Below are positions 32,318-42,604 of a stretch of 64,000 nt of DNA, one piece after another (position 1 is the first letter of the stretch; every line of letters begins with the position of its first letter). Location of the stretch: positions 96,001 through 160,000 of the forward strand of contig CAXXKM010000001.1 of the NCBI GenBank assembly GCA_963664435.2, in the 5' to 3' direction. The translations under genes and the position numbers were made by a program. The stretch comes from Longimicrobiales bacterium (GTDB taxonomy: Bacteria > Gemmatimonadota > Gemmatimonadetes > Longimicrobiales > Gaopeijiaceae). Under the pieces are notes generated by a model. It was not told the origin of the DNA. It did not search any database and was given only the letters and a program-made list of their open reading frames with translations.

Positions 32318-32389
32318 TCCCTGGATAGATCCGCGCACGCACCGAAGGCGGTGATGGGCCGGTCCGGCAAGGCGCATTGGATGCCAGAG

Positions 32390-32419
32390 TGGTATCATTA
32401 CCGGCGACCTGCAGGTCGC
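32390..32419 (+). promoter_or_regulatory. Extended -10 (TGgTATCAT) followed by a perfect 16-bp palindrome
   Basis: TATCAT at 32393-32398; GCGACCTGCAGGTCGC at 32404-32419. Confidence 0.45.
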
Positions 32420-32473
32420 GCACTCACGGCAGGATTGCACGCACCTCGGCTCCCCCCAACCGACCACCCGACG

Positions 32474-34624
32474 ATGACCCTTCCTCTGCATCAATCCCTT
32501 GAGCGGCCCGGGCCCCGGAGCACGCCCGACTCGGCTCCCCGACGGTTCCCGGCCCGTGGATTCGTGCTCGCAGGCCTCGCTCTGTCGTTCGCCCTGACGA
32601 ACATCCCCGCGCGACTCGCGGCCCAGGAACCCGATTCGTCCGCGGTGATTCCGCTGGACGAAATCGAGGTGACGGTGCTGCGCACGCCCATCCTGCTGGG
32701 CGAAGTTCCCTTCGCCGTGTCCGTGCTCGGCGAATCGGCGCTCACGCGGGGCAAGGCCGGACTCTCCATCGAGGAGGCGCTCCAGGGTCTTCCCGGCGTA
32801 CAGGTGCAGAACCGCTACAACTCGGCGGTGGGCGAGCGCATCTCCATCCGCGGCTTCGGCGCCCGCTCCCAGTTCGGGGTGCGGGGGGTGACGGTGCTGG
32901 TGGACGGCATTCCCGCCACCCTTCCCGACGGGCAGTCGACCCTCGACCACCTCGACCTGGGCACCCTCGGACGAGTGGAGGCGTTGCGCGGCCCGGGCTC
33001 GTCCGCCTACGGAAACGGGGCGGGCGGGGTGCTGCGCTTCGAGACCCGGCGGGCCGCCGACCAGCCCTTCCGCCAGGACTTCTCCACCATCTTCGGGAGC
33101 AACGGCATGAGCCGACTCCAGGCCACCGCCAACGGAGTGTCGGGTGACCGGGAATACCTCCTCAGCGCCTCCCGTTTCAACTACGACGGCTTCCGCAGAA
33201 ACCCGATCGCGGACGACGGCTCGCTCTACGGAGGCGCGCGCCGTCTGCACCTGAACGGCCAGCTGCGTTCCCCGGTCGCAGAGGGCGAGATGGTGGTGAC
33301 CGCGAATCTGGCCAACCTCGACGGGGAAAACCCGGGATCGCTGAACGATTCGCTGATGGCGATCGGCGACCGGCGGTCGCACACGGGAAGCATCTTCCAG
33401 CAGACGAACAAGAAGGTCACCCAGGGGCAGCTCGGGGTCGCCTGGACCGGACCGGCCGCCGCGGGCGAAGCGGACATCTCGGCGTGGGGCCTGTTCCGCA
33501 ACCTGGACAATCCCATCCCCTCCGCGGTAATCGACCTGAAACGCACCGCGGCGGGGGCGCGCGGCGCGCTGAGGGGACAGGCGGGGGAATCGGGACAGTT
33601 CACCTGGAACCTCGGCGGCGAGCTGGCTCTCCAGCGCGACGACCGGCAGAACCACGGCAACGACGGAGGCGAGCGGTCCGACCTCAGGCTCGACCAGCTG
33701 GAAAACGTCCGCACCCTCGCGTTCTTCGGCCAGGGCAACCTGAGTTTGGGGGAGCGCGCGCGGCTGGTCGGAGGCGTGCGCTACGACCGGCTCAACTTCT
33801 CCGTGGACGACGCGTTCCTCTCCAACGGCGACGACTCGGGCGACCGCCTGATGGACGCCATCAGCCCGTCGATCGGGCTGCATGTCGCGGCCGGCTCGTC
33901 GGTCGGCCTGTTCGCGACCATCGGCACCTCCTTCGAGAGCCCTACCACCACCGAGTTGGCCAACGACCCCAGCGGACGAGGCGGCTTCAACCCGGAGCTG
34001 AACCCGCAGCGCAGCCTGAGCCTGGAAGCCGGGGCGCGAGGCGTCTCCGGGAACCGGTTCGCCTACGAGTTCAGCGTCTTCACCACCAGCATCACCGACG
34101 CGCTGGTGCCCATAGAAGTGCCCGACATCGACCGCACCTTCTACGCGAACGCCGGGTCGGCGAGCCATCAGGGCTTCGAGGCGGCCTTCACCCTGGCGGC
34201 GGGCGGAGGTGCGTCGCTGCGCGCCACCTACAGCTACACGGACGCGGTCTTCGACGACTACGTGGCGCGCGGCAACGACTTCGGCGGCAACCAGATCCCG
34301 GGGCTCGCCCCTCACCGCGCGGAAGCCATCGCTTCGCTGGACCAGCCGGGCTGGTTCGCGGAACTGCGCCTCACCCGGGTGTCGGCCATCACCGTCAACG
34401 ACGTCAACACGGCCGAAACCGACCCCTACCAGCTTCTTGACGTGCGCTTCGAGCTGGACCCGGTTCGCGTCGGCGCGCTCGACGTGGCCCCGGTGGCGGG
34501 CGTAACCAACATCTTCGACACGCTGTATACCGCGTCGGTGGTGGTGAACGCCTTCGGGAGGCGCTACAACGAGCCCGGTCCCGGCCGGAGCTTCTACGCG
34601 GGACTGCGCGCCGGGCTGCCGTGA
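32474..34624 (+). CDS. TonB-dependent receptor
   Basis: EIEVTV TonB box; plug ISIRGFGAR, VLVDGIP, RVEALRGPGSSAYG; C-terminal NIFD.LY..PGRSFYAG. Confidence 0.92.
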   Translation: MTLPLHQSLERPGPRSTPDSAPRRFPARGFVLAGLALSFALTNIPARLAAQEPDSSAVIPLDEIEVTVLRTPILLGEVPFAVSVLGESALTRGKAGLSIEEALQGLPGVQVQNRYNSAVGERISIRGFGARSQFGVRGVTVLVDGIPATLPDGQSTLDHLDLGTLGRVEALRGPGSSAYGNGAGGVLRFETRRAADQPFRQDFSTIFGSNGMSRLQATANGVSGDREYLLSASRFNYDGFRRNPIADDGSLYGGARRLHLNGQLRSPVAEGEMVVTANLANLDGENPGSLNDSLMAIGDRRSHTGSIFQQTNKKVTQGQLGVAWTGPAAAGEADISAWGLFRNLDNPIPSAVIDLKRTAAGARGALRGQAGESGQFTWNLGGELALQRDDRQNHGNDGGERSDLRLDQLENVRTLAFFGQGNLSLGERARLVGGVRYDRLNFSVDDAFLSNGDDSGDRLMDAISPSIGLHVAAGSSVGLFATIGTSFESPTTTELANDPSGRGGFNPELNPQRSLSLEAGARGVSGNRFAYEFSVFTTSITDALVPIEVPDIDRTFYANAGSASHQGFEAAFTLAAGGGASLRATYSYTDAVFDDYVARGNDFGGNQIPGLAPHRAEAIASLDQPGWFAELRLTRVSAITVNDVNTAETDPYQLLDVRFELDPVRVGALDVAPVAGVTNIFDTLYTASVVVNAFGRRYNEPGPGRSFYAGLRAGLP

Positions 34625-35229
34625 TCCGAACCTTCGCGGTTCTGTTGCTGGCGGGTGGCCTGGCGTTGGCTCCGCGCGGAAGGCTGCAGGCCCTGTCCCC
34701 GGTCACCACGATCGGCCCGAGGTTCACGCCTTCCGCTACCCGGACCGTGCCAGCAGCGGACCCGGCCTCCGCCACCCCGACCCGGGAAGCGATCGATGCG
34801 GCCGACGATCCACCCGTCTACCGCTACGGTCTGACCCTCGGGGGCACCAGCTTCATCTCACTGGTCTTCGAATACGAGTCCAACAACCGGGCGGTGGAAT
34901 TCGCGCTCGGGACCTTCTCGGGACGGGACCTGTCGCTGGCCGTCACCGGCAAACAGTACCTCGGCGGGGGCGACCTCCGCGCCTTCGCCGGCGCCGGGCT
35001 ATGGGGCGTCGCGGCCTTCCCCGCCGATCAGCGCGCCGGGTTCGCCCTGATCGCGCGGGCTCCGATCGGGGTGGACTGGCACGCGCTCGAACGACACGCA
35101 GCCGGATTCGAACTCACCCTCAACCGGGCTCTGGCCATGCGCCGGCCCGACCCGGTGGACGAACGCCCGCCGCGCACCCGCATCGTCCCCCTTCCGGCCC
35201 TCTACTACCGCTTCGCGGATCCCCGCTGA
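34621..35229 (+). CDS. Hypothetical secreted / outer-membrane beta-barrel-like protein
   Basis: GTGA overlap with TBDR stop; signal peptide; alternating beta-strand pattern ending in LYYRF. Confidence 0.65.
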   Translation: MIRTFAVLLLAGGLALAPRGRLQALSPVTTIGPRFTPSATRTVPAADPASATPTREAIDAADDPPVYRYGLTLGGTSFISLVFEYESNNRAVEFALGTFSGRDLSLAVTGKQYLGGGDLRAFAGAGLWGVAAFPADQRAGFALIARAPIGVDWHALERHAAGFELTLNRALAMRRPDPVDERPPRTRIVPLPALYYRFADPR

Positions 35230-35310
35230 GGACGCGCGCCTTCCAGCAAACCTCTAACTCCACCGGCGTCCCCATGTGCGCCGAGGAAGGTCGTGCGCCT
35301 TGCCCCGGTC

Positions 35311-35440
35311 TGTTCGAAAACGGAACAGGCCGTCCCATTATCGGTCGATGGCTGTCCTGGCCCTCCTTTGGTGGTGGCCCATAAGCTCCTGGACTACCAT
35401 GTGATACGACCTCTCGCCGTGGCCTGGCACGAAGCTTTCT
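35311..35440 (+). promoter_or_regulatory. Candidate enhancer (TGTTC-N7-GAACA) and sigma54-like promoter
   Basis: Inverted repeat at 35311-35327; TGGCACG-aagc-TTTCT at 35425-35440. Confidence 0.5.
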
Positions 35441-35482
35441 CGTGAGTCCATGATCGAGCATAAAGAATGAGGCAGGCAACCC

Positions 35483-36865
35483 ATGCCGGCGCGTATCCTG
35501 ATCGCGGATGACCAGAGCGATATTCTTGAAGCTGTGCGCCTGCTGCTGAAGGGCGAAGGCTTTGAGACCACCGCCGTCACGTCGCCCGGTGCGGTCCGGC
35601 GCGCGGTCGAAAAGGGTGATTTCGACCTGGTCCTGCTCGACTTGAACTACACCCGCGACACCACCTCCGGAAAGGAAGGACTGGGTCTGCTCGGCGACCT
35701 GCGCGAACTGGACGAAACCCTGCCGGTGGTCACCATGACCGCGTGGGGCAGCGTGGGTGGAGCCGTGGAGGCGATGCGCCGCGGAGCCCGGGACTATGTC
35801 GAGAAGCCGTGGGACAATGAACGGCTGCTCGCCACGATTCGGACGCAGGTGGACCTCGGGCGGGCGTTGCGCCGCGCCCAGCGGCTCGAGACGGAGAACA
35901 TCAGGCTCAAGGGAGAGAGCGCACCGCAACTCATCGCCGAATCCGCGGCCATGCGGCCGGTGCTGGAGATCATCGACCGCATCGGCCCCTCGCACGCAAA
36001 CGTGCTGATTACCGGAGAGCACGGGACGGGAAAGGAGGTAGTCGCTCGACGCCTGCATGCCGTGTCGAACCGAGCCGAGTACGACCTCGTCGCCGTAAAC
36101 GCCGGGGGATTCGGCGAAGGGATCTTCGAGAGCGAGATCTTCGGACATGTAAAGGGTGCCTTCACCGACGCCCGGACCGAGCGGGTCGGGTGCTTCGAAC
36201 TTGCCCACAAGGGCACCCTGTTTCTTGATGAGATCGCCAACGTATCGTTGCACCAGCAGGCCAGGTTCCTGCGCGTGCTCGAGACCGGGGAGATTCAGCG
36301 TGTCGGCTCGTCGAAGGTGCGGCATGTCGATGTGCGGGTCATTTCCGCCACCAACGCCAGCATTGGCGAAGCAGTGGCAAGAGGCGACTTCCGCGAAGAT
36401 CTGCTCTACCGGTTGAACACGGTCGAAATCGAGCTTCCCCCACTTCGGGACCGTCCCGAGGACATCCCGCTACTCGCTCGGCACTTCCTGGGCCGGCAGG
36501 CAACCCGCTACGGAAGAGCCATCGTCGGCTTTTCGCCGGGGGCCGAGGCCGCCCTCGCGGCGCACGCATGGCCCGGCAACGTGCGTGAGCTGCAGCATTC
36601 GGTCGAACGCGCCGTGCTCATGGCACGCGGCTCGCACATCAAGGCGGCCGACTTTCGGCTGCGCGGCCGCGAAGTCGATTCGGCAACCCTCTCGGACGTT
36701 ACGCTGGAGGAGGCCGAGCGGATCCTCGTCCGGAAGGCGCTGGATCGCCACGATGGTAATGTGAGCAGGGCGGCGCGGGCGCTTGGGCTCACTCGCAGCT
36801 CGCTCTACCGGCGTCTGAAGCGGATCAAGGCCGAGGACGATGACCGGGAACCCGTGAGTCGTTGA
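35483..36865 (+). CDS. NtrC-family sigma54-dependent response regulator (REC-AAA+-Fis HTH)
   Basis: IADD, LLDLN, GEHGTGKE Walker A, GAFTDA, FLDEI, WPGNVREL, HTH. Confidence 0.95.
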   Translation: MPARILIADDQSDILEAVRLLLKGEGFETTAVTSPGAVRRAVEKGDFDLVLLDLNYTRDTTSGKEGLGLLGDLRELDETLPVVTMTAWGSVGGAVEAMRRGARDYVEKPWDNERLLATIRTQVDLGRALRRAQRLETENIRLKGESAPQLIAESAAMRPVLEIIDRIGPSHANVLITGEHGTGKEVVARRLHAVSNRAEYDLVAVNAGGFGEGIFESEIFGHVKGAFTDARTERVGCFELAHKGTLFLDEIANVSLHQQARFLRVLETGEIQRVGSSKVRHVDVRVISATNASIGEAVARGDFREDLLYRLNTVEIELPPLRDRPEDIPLLARHFLGRQATRYGRAIVGFSPGAEAALAAHAWPGNVRELQHSVERAVLMARGSHIKAADFRLRGREVDSATLSDVTLEEAERILVRKALDRHDGNVSRAARALGLTRSSLYRRLKRIKAEDDDREPVSR

Positions 36866-36899
36866 TCGCGTTCGCGCGGCATGGGGAGTCGAGAGACGA

Positions 36900-38240
36900 A
36901 TGAGCCTCAGGTGGCTGGGTACGCGACACGACAGGCGGGTTCTCCTCCTTACCGCTTTGGCGGGCCTGCCCGGCGTCGTCGTGGCCCTCCTCTTTCTCTG
37001 GCGGAGCGGCCTCGACCCCGCAATGCGCTGGCCGTTGTCGCTGGCGTTGATCGGCGGTTGGATCGGGCTCAGCGCCGCTGCGAAGAACCACGCTGTCGGT
37101 CCCTTTGAGACCATCGCGAACATGCTCGCGGCCCTGCGTGAGGGGGACTTCTCGATCAGGGCCAGGGTGGGTGATGCCCGAGACTCCCTCTCGCTGGCCT
37201 ATCTGGAGATCAACTCACTCGAGGAGATCCTGAGGGAGCAAAGGCTCGGAGCCGTTGAGGCCACGGAGACGCTCCGCAAGGTCCTGGAGGAGATCGACAT
37301 CGTGGTGCTGGCCTTCGACCCGCAGGGTGTGCTGCGCATCATCAATCGGGCCGGTGAGAGACTGCTCGGACAGCCAGCGCGCCGCCTCAGAGGCAGGACA
37401 GCGGAGGAGTTGCGTCTCTCCGGCCAGTTGACCGGTACTACGCCGCGCACTGTGGAGCTCTCATTTCCCGGTGGATCGGGCCGGTGGGAACTTCGACGCA
37501 GTGTCGTCCGCCAGGAGGGGTTTCCCCTCCGGCTGATCGCGCTCTCGGACCTGAGCCGTGCGCTGCACGAAGAGGAGCGCAAGGCCTGGAAGCGCATCAT
37601 CCGCGTGCTGTCCCATGAGATCAACAATTCCCTCGCCCCGATCAAATCGATCTCGGGCAGCCTCCGCACCCTTCTGAAGCGCGGCCGGCTTCCTGCCGAG
37701 ATGGAGGACGATGTGGAGCGGGGCCTGGACGTGATATCGTCCCGGGCCGAGACGCTGGGGCGGTTCATGGCTTCCTATGCCCGGCTCGCTCGGCTGCCGG
37801 CACCGAAGCCGGCTCCAATCCCGGTCGGTAATCTGGTTCAGATGGTTGCCGACCTGGAGACCCGGATCCCGGTGGAGGTGGTGCCCGGCCCCGAGGCTAC
37901 CTGTTCCGCGGATGCCGATCAGCTCCAACAAGCCCTCATCAACCTCGTGAGGAACGCGGTCGATGCAACTCTCGAAGCCGGGGGCCAGCGGGTCCGGCTC
38001 GGATGGGCGGTGCATGACGCCAGGGTTGAGATCATCGTCGAAGACGAGGGCCCCGGGCTCGGAGACACCGGCAACCTCTTCGTGCCCTTCTTTACCACCA
38101 AGTCCGGGGGCTCCGGGGTCGGCCTCGTCCTGTCACGGCAGATTGCAGAGAGCCATGGCGGCACTCTGTTGCTGGAGAATCGGGGAGACGGCCCGGGAGC
38201 ACGCGCGCGCATCGCGATCCCCATGGATTCGGACGATTGA
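36900..38240 (+). CDS. Membrane sensor histidine kinase (HAMP/PAS-HisKA-HATPase)
   Basis: Two TM helices; LSHEINNSL H-box, NLVRNA, DEGPG, FFTTK, GSGVGL; 34 nt after the regulator. Confidence 0.93.
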   Translation: MSLRWLGTRHDRRVLLLTALAGLPGVVVALLFLWRSGLDPAMRWPLSLALIGGWIGLSAAAKNHAVGPFETIANMLAALREGDFSIRARVGDARDSLSLAYLEINSLEEILREQRLGAVEATETLRKVLEEIDIVVLAFDPQGVLRIINRAGERLLGQPARRLRGRTAEELRLSGQLTGTTPRTVELSFPGGSGRWELRRSVVRQEGFPLRLIALSDLSRALHEEERKAWKRIIRVLSHEINNSLAPIKSISGSLRTLLKRGRLPAEMEDDVERGLDVISSRAETLGRFMASYARLARLPAPKPAPIPVGNLVQMVADLETRIPVEVVPGPEATCSADADQLQQALINLVRNAVDATLEAGGQRVRLGWAVHDARVEIIVEDEGPGLGDTGNLFVPFFTTKSGGSGVGLVLSRQIAESHGGTLLLENRGDGPGARARIAIPMDSDD

Positions 38241-38387
38241 AGAGGCGTGCGAGTCCGCCGTCCCTCCGAAAGCTCCCAACGCCACGGGAATCGGTACCCC
38301 GGCACCAAGGTCAACCGTTCAGAATCGCACGCCCGAATCCCATAACCGGGCGGAGACGACATTTCCAACGCGGGACGACACGCTCCA

Positions 38388-38446
38388 TAACATGTTGTGT
38401 TGATGTAACATAGACACGACGACACCGCCTTGGCACGCTTCTTACA
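38388..38446 (+). promoter_or_regulatory. IHF-like site plus sigma54-like promoter of the exporter operon
   Basis: TAA-catg-TTG at 38388-38397 in an AT-rich tract; TGGCACG-cttc-TTACA at 38431-38446. Confidence 0.55.
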
Positions 38447-38580
38447 CTGTCTCCCCTCAGAAGCGCGGGCGGTCCCATGGGGAAGCGCGAGGAGATCGCG
38501 GCGAGGCATGGAGGCGTTGGTCAGGTCAACGCCGGCGCCCACCGCAGGCACCGATCACTCCGGACGTGGAGCGAGCATCA

Positions 38581-40101
38581 ATGGTTCGAGATACCGCAGT
38601 TGGCGCGGCTCTCGTCCTGATGGCCGCGGTCGGTATCGCCTCAGCCCCCGCGGGGATATCGGCCCAGGAGCGAATCAGTCTCTCGCTCGAAGAGGCAATC
38701 CGGATCGCGAAGGATGGGAACCCGGCCTTTCTCTCGGCGACCAACGATCTGGATCGCGCCGCGTGGCAGGTCCGCGAGGCCTACGGCCAGTTCCTGCCTT
38801 CGGTCATCGCCGGGGGAGGAGCCCAGTACGAGTACGCCGGCGTGCAGCGCTTCGGCATCTTCTCGTCGACCGACATCGCGGTGGGCACCACGGATTACCT
38901 GCTCTCCAACTATTTCCTGTCCGTCAACTGGTCCATTAACGGCAACACATTCTTCCAGGCGAGGTCCGCGCGTGCGAACCAGCGCGCCGCCGAGGCCAGG
39001 GGCGCGGCCGACGAGTTCGCCCTGGAGGCCACCGTCACGCTGCAGTACCTCGCCGCGTTGAGGGCCAGGGACGCGGTCGAAGTTGCGGAGGGCCAGGTGG
39101 CCCGCTGGGAACAGAACTTTGCGCTGATCGGTGCGCGGGTTGACGCGGGAGCCGCCCTTTCGACCGAGGGAAAGCAGTCCGAGGTTGATCTGGGGCGAGC
39201 CCGGGTGGCCCTTCTGCGGGCGGAAAACCTCTACCGCACCGAAGTGGCCCGCCTCATGGAGCAGCTCGGCACGGATCTGGGAGCCCCGCTCGAGCTGGCT
39301 TCGGACTTCGCCGTGTTCGAACCGGATTGGGATCGGAGAGAGCTGATCGAGATGGCCACATCGGGACATCCCGGCTTGCGGGCGGCTCTGGCGTCGGAGG
39401 CCTCGGCGTCGGCGCAGGTCAACCATGCCCGCAGCAGCTACTTTCCGACGGTCTCGGCCTCGGCGGTCTGGTCCGGGTTCACCCGCCAGGTCGGCAACCG
39501 GGACTACGTCGTTCAGCAGGCACAGGGCAGCGTCGACCGGCGGCGACGAAGCTGCCAGTTCGACAACGCCCTCCTCGCCCACCTGCAGGAACTGCCGGGG
39601 CTTACGATGGACGATTGCTCGAAGTACGTGCTCACGGAACCGATGCGCCAGCAGGTCCTGACGGCGAACGAGACGTTCCCGTTCGACTTCACGGGGCAGC
39701 CGCTGAGCCTTCGCCTGGCCGTGAGCTTCCCCGTCTTCGAAGGCTTTGCCAGGCAACGCAACATCGCCCACGCCCAGGCGGACAGGCGAGACGCCATGTA
39801 CGCTCGCAGGGCGGAAGAACTCAGGCTCCGCGCGGCCGTCACGCAGTCCTACGACGATCTGGTGACGGCATACCGGGCCCTGCGCATCCAGGAGCGCAAT
39901 CTCGAGGTCGCGTCGGAGCAGCTTGAGCTCGCACGCCGGCGCTATGCGCTCGGGGCGGCCCCGTTCCTGGAGCTTCTGGACGCCGAGGACTCGATGGCGC
40001 AGTCGGAGCGCGACCACCTCGCTGCCGTGTACGACTTTCATGCTGCCATCTGGTCGCTTGAAGCCGCGGTCGGAAGGCGTCTTCGACCGGAGGATGGGTG
40101 A
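38581..40101 (+). CDS. TolC family outer-membrane efflux protein
   Basis: Signal peptide, LSLEEAI..A, two OEP repeats, RYALG..LELLDAE. Confidence 0.92.
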   Translation: MVRDTAVGAALVLMAAVGIASAPAGISAQERISLSLEEAIRIAKDGNPAFLSATNDLDRAAWQVREAYGQFLPSVIAGGGAQYEYAGVQRFGIFSSTDIAVGTTDYLLSNYFLSVNWSINGNTFFQARSARANQRAAEARGAADEFALEATVTLQYLAALRARDAVEVAEGQVARWEQNFALIGARVDAGAALSTEGKQSEVDLGRARVALLRAENLYRTEVARLMEQLGTDLGAPLELASDFAVFEPDWDRRELIEMATSGHPGLRAALASEASASAQVNHARSSYFPTVSASAVWSGFTRQVGNRDYVVQQAQGSVDRRRRSCQFDNALLAHLQELPGLTMDDCSKYVLTEPMRQQVLTANETFPFDFTGQPLSLRLAVSFPVFEGFARQRNIAHAQADRRDAMYARRAEELRLRAAVTQSYDDLVTAYRALRIQERNLEVASEQLELARRRYALGAAPFLELLDAEDSMAQSERDHLAAVYDFHAAIWSLEAAVGRRLRPEDG

Positions 40102-40137
40102 AGGTGGCGGCGGGGTCGGGCAACCATCTCCGAGAGG

Positions 40138-42585
40138 ATGAGCGGGTACACGATGCTCGATGATTTCCGCTACTCCGTGAGGGCCCTTCGGAGGACCCCC
40201 GGGTTCACCGTTGTGGCCGCATTGGTGCTCGCTCTCGGGATCGGCGCCACGAGCGCGATCTTCAGCGTACTGAGCGCCGTGGTGTTGCGGCCCGTGCCTT
40301 TTCCGGACGGCCAAAGGGTCGTGAATCTGGCGTGGAGCTACGGTGCCTACGCCTCCCCCTACCTGACGGCAGCCAGGTTCTCGTACTGGCAGGAGCGCAC
40401 GCGCTCCCTCGGCACGTTCGCGAGCTGGCGGCCGTTTTTCGGGCGGGTCGGCGAAGTCGGCGAGATCACGGGCGCTCAAGGCCTGCGCGTAACGGCGGGC
40501 TTTTTCGGCGTGCTGGGCATGTCGCCGACGGTGGGTCGTGCCTTCGCCGAGGATGAGTACCGACCGGGCGGACCGAGAGTCGCGGTGGTGTCTCCAGGGT
40601 TCTGGCGCGAGCACTTCGGCGAACAGGTGGACGTGTCCGGCCGCGTCTCGATCAGGCTGGAAGAAGAGGCCTACCCGATCATCGGGCTGCTTCCCGAGGA
40701 TTTCGCGTTCCCTTACGTCCCGGAACCCGTGGAGATCATCCTGCCCACGGAGGTGCCACCCGTCGACCCTGACGACCATGGCGAGAATTGGCCGGCTATC
40801 GCAAGACTCGGCGAGGACTACACGATGAGTGACGCCCGGACCGAGGTTGCGTCGCTCAATGCCGGGTTCGGGGTGACTTACCCCCAGCAGGCCGCCGAAG
40901 CGGAACCCGGCATGATGCTCGACTCTTTCGCGGAGTTGTACGTCGGGCAGACGGCGAGTGCGATCTGGATCCTGATGGGTGCCGTCATGGCCGTCCTGCT
41001 GATCACCTGCGCCAACGTCGGCAACCTGTTCCTCGTCAGGGCGCTGCGACGGCGTGGGGAGATGGCGCTTTGCGCCGCGCTCGGAGCAACGAAGAGCCGC
41101 ATCGTGCGCCTCGGCATGGCAGAGGCCGTCGCCGTGGCTTCGGCGGCGGGCGTCGTCGGAATCGCGCTCGCGGTCTGGGGCGCCAACGTGCTCGTCGCAT
41201 TGGCGCCCGTCCGGCTGCCGCTGGCAGGCGCGATCACGGTGGACTGGAGGGTTGTAGCGTTCACGATCGCGATCTCGCTGACCGCGGCGGTCGTGGTGAG
41301 TCTCGTGGCTGCGTGGCCCGGGGTGCGCGGGGGACTGTGGCGGGCGCTGGGACAGGGGTTCCGGACCACGAGCGGACAGCGTCGATTGCAGGAGGCGCTG
41401 GTATCGGGGCAGACGGCGCTCTCGACCATTCTGCTGGTGGCGGCCGGTCTGCTCTTCACCACCTGGTCGAACCTCAGGCAGGTCGACCCCGGATTCGATC
41501 CCGAAGCGCTCGTAGCCGTGAAACTGCCGATCAGGCCGCCGAACTATGACACCTCCGAGCAGCTTGACGAGTTTGCGCAGGGAGTGATCGAACGTGTGCG
41601 AACCTCGGAGGGAATCAACCTCGTCGCCGGAGCCAGCAGTCTCCCCTTTGAGCGGGGCCTGAACTTCCCCGTTTCAATCGCGGGACGTGATGAGTTCGGT
41701 GGCTCGGTCGAGCTGCGAACCGTCACCCGGGGATATTTCCGGACGCTGGGGGTCCCGTTGGTGCGCGGACGATCGTTCACTCCAGCGGATGTTCGGGGCG
41801 CAGTCCCGGTCGCCATCGTCAATGAGACGTTCGCGCGCAGTTACTTTCCCGATGGCGACGCAATCGGACAGCGCATCGATCCCGGGCGAATCGGCAACGA
41901 GTACCGACTCCCTTCCCTGGAAGGGCCCGGAGTCCTGATCGTCGGCGTGGCTTCTGATGTGCAAGACGTTTCGTTCCGGACCGAGGTCCGTCGAACGATG
42001 TACCTTCCGCACGCTCAGGTCGGCGATTACATCGCCAACATCCGACCCTCGATGCCGGTGTTCGTCGTGCGGAGCACGCTGCCTGTGGACCGGCTCGAGC
42101 GGGCATTTGGGCAGGCGACTCGCATTGTGGACCCCGCGCTTCCCGGTCCTGATGTCTTCCCTCTGAGCGAGACGGTCGCGGAGACAATGGCCCGGGAACG
42201 ATTCGGCACCCTGCTCGTGGCGCTCTTCGGCGCTCTCTCGCTCATCCTGACCGCGGTCGGCGTCTACGCCGTGTTGGCCCAGACCGTACGAAGTCGACGC
42301 CGCGAGATCGGAATCCGAATGGCTGTAGGCGCGAGCGCCGACCAGGTACTGCGGCTGTCCGTCGTGCGAGGGCTGCTCCCGGTCGTGGTCGGGGTCGGCA
42401 TTGGACTCGCGGGTGCGATGGCCCTCTCGGGTCTGCTGGAAGCCTACCTCTGGGGCGTAACCGGCACCGACGCCAGGACGCTCGGCATCGCTGCCGGCGG
42501 CATCCTCGTTGTGGCCACCCTGGCGTGTTGGATTCCCGCGCGGGAAGCGGCGGGGATGGACCCCGTCACAGCGTTGGCCTCATGA
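40138..42585 (+). CDS. ADOP-type duplicated MacB/FtsX ABC permease
   Basis: DFRYSVRALRRTPGFT, LGIGATSAIFS, LITCANV, RRREIGIRMA.GA, PAR.A..DP..AL; 815 aa. Confidence 0.92.
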   Translation: MSGYTMLDDFRYSVRALRRTPGFTVVAALVLALGIGATSAIFSVLSAVVLRPVPFPDGQRVVNLAWSYGAYASPYLTAARFSYWQERTRSLGTFASWRPFFGRVGEVGEITGAQGLRVTAGFFGVLGMSPTVGRAFAEDEYRPGGPRVAVVSPGFWREHFGEQVDVSGRVSIRLEEEAYPIIGLLPEDFAFPYVPEPVEIILPTEVPPVDPDDHGENWPAIARLGEDYTMSDARTEVASLNAGFGVTYPQQAAEAEPGMMLDSFAELYVGQTASAIWILMGAVMAVLLITCANVGNLFLVRALRRRGEMALCAALGATKSRIVRLGMAEAVAVASAAGVVGIALAVWGANVLVALAPVRLPLAGAITVDWRVVAFTIAISLTAAVVVSLVAAWPGVRGGLWRALGQGFRTTSGQRRLQEALVSGQTALSTILLVAAGLLFTTWSNLRQVDPGFDPEALVAVKLPIRPPNYDTSEQLDEFAQGVIERVRTSEGINLVAGASSLPFERGLNFPVSIAGRDEFGGSVELRTVTRGYFRTLGVPLVRGRSFTPADVRGAVPVAIVNETFARSYFPDGDAIGQRIDPGRIGNEYRLPSLEGPGVLIVGVASDVQDVSFRTEVRRTMYLPHAQVGDYIANIRPSMPVFVVRSTLPVDRLERAFGQATRIVDPALPGPDVFPLSETVAETMARERFGTLLVALFGALSLILTAVGVYAVLAQTVRSRRREIGIRMAVGASADQVLRLSVVRGLLPVVVGVGIGLAGAMALSGLLEAYLWGVTGTDARTLGIAAGGILVVATLACWIPAREAAGMDPVTALAS

Positions 42586-42604
42586 GAACCCCAAGGAGCC
42601 AGAC

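Noticed and set aside
32318..32473. Cobalamin riboswitch / btuB call for the TBDR, suggested by metH nearby
   Set aside because: No B12-box features are recognisable and the leader is short; the substrate cannot be assigned.
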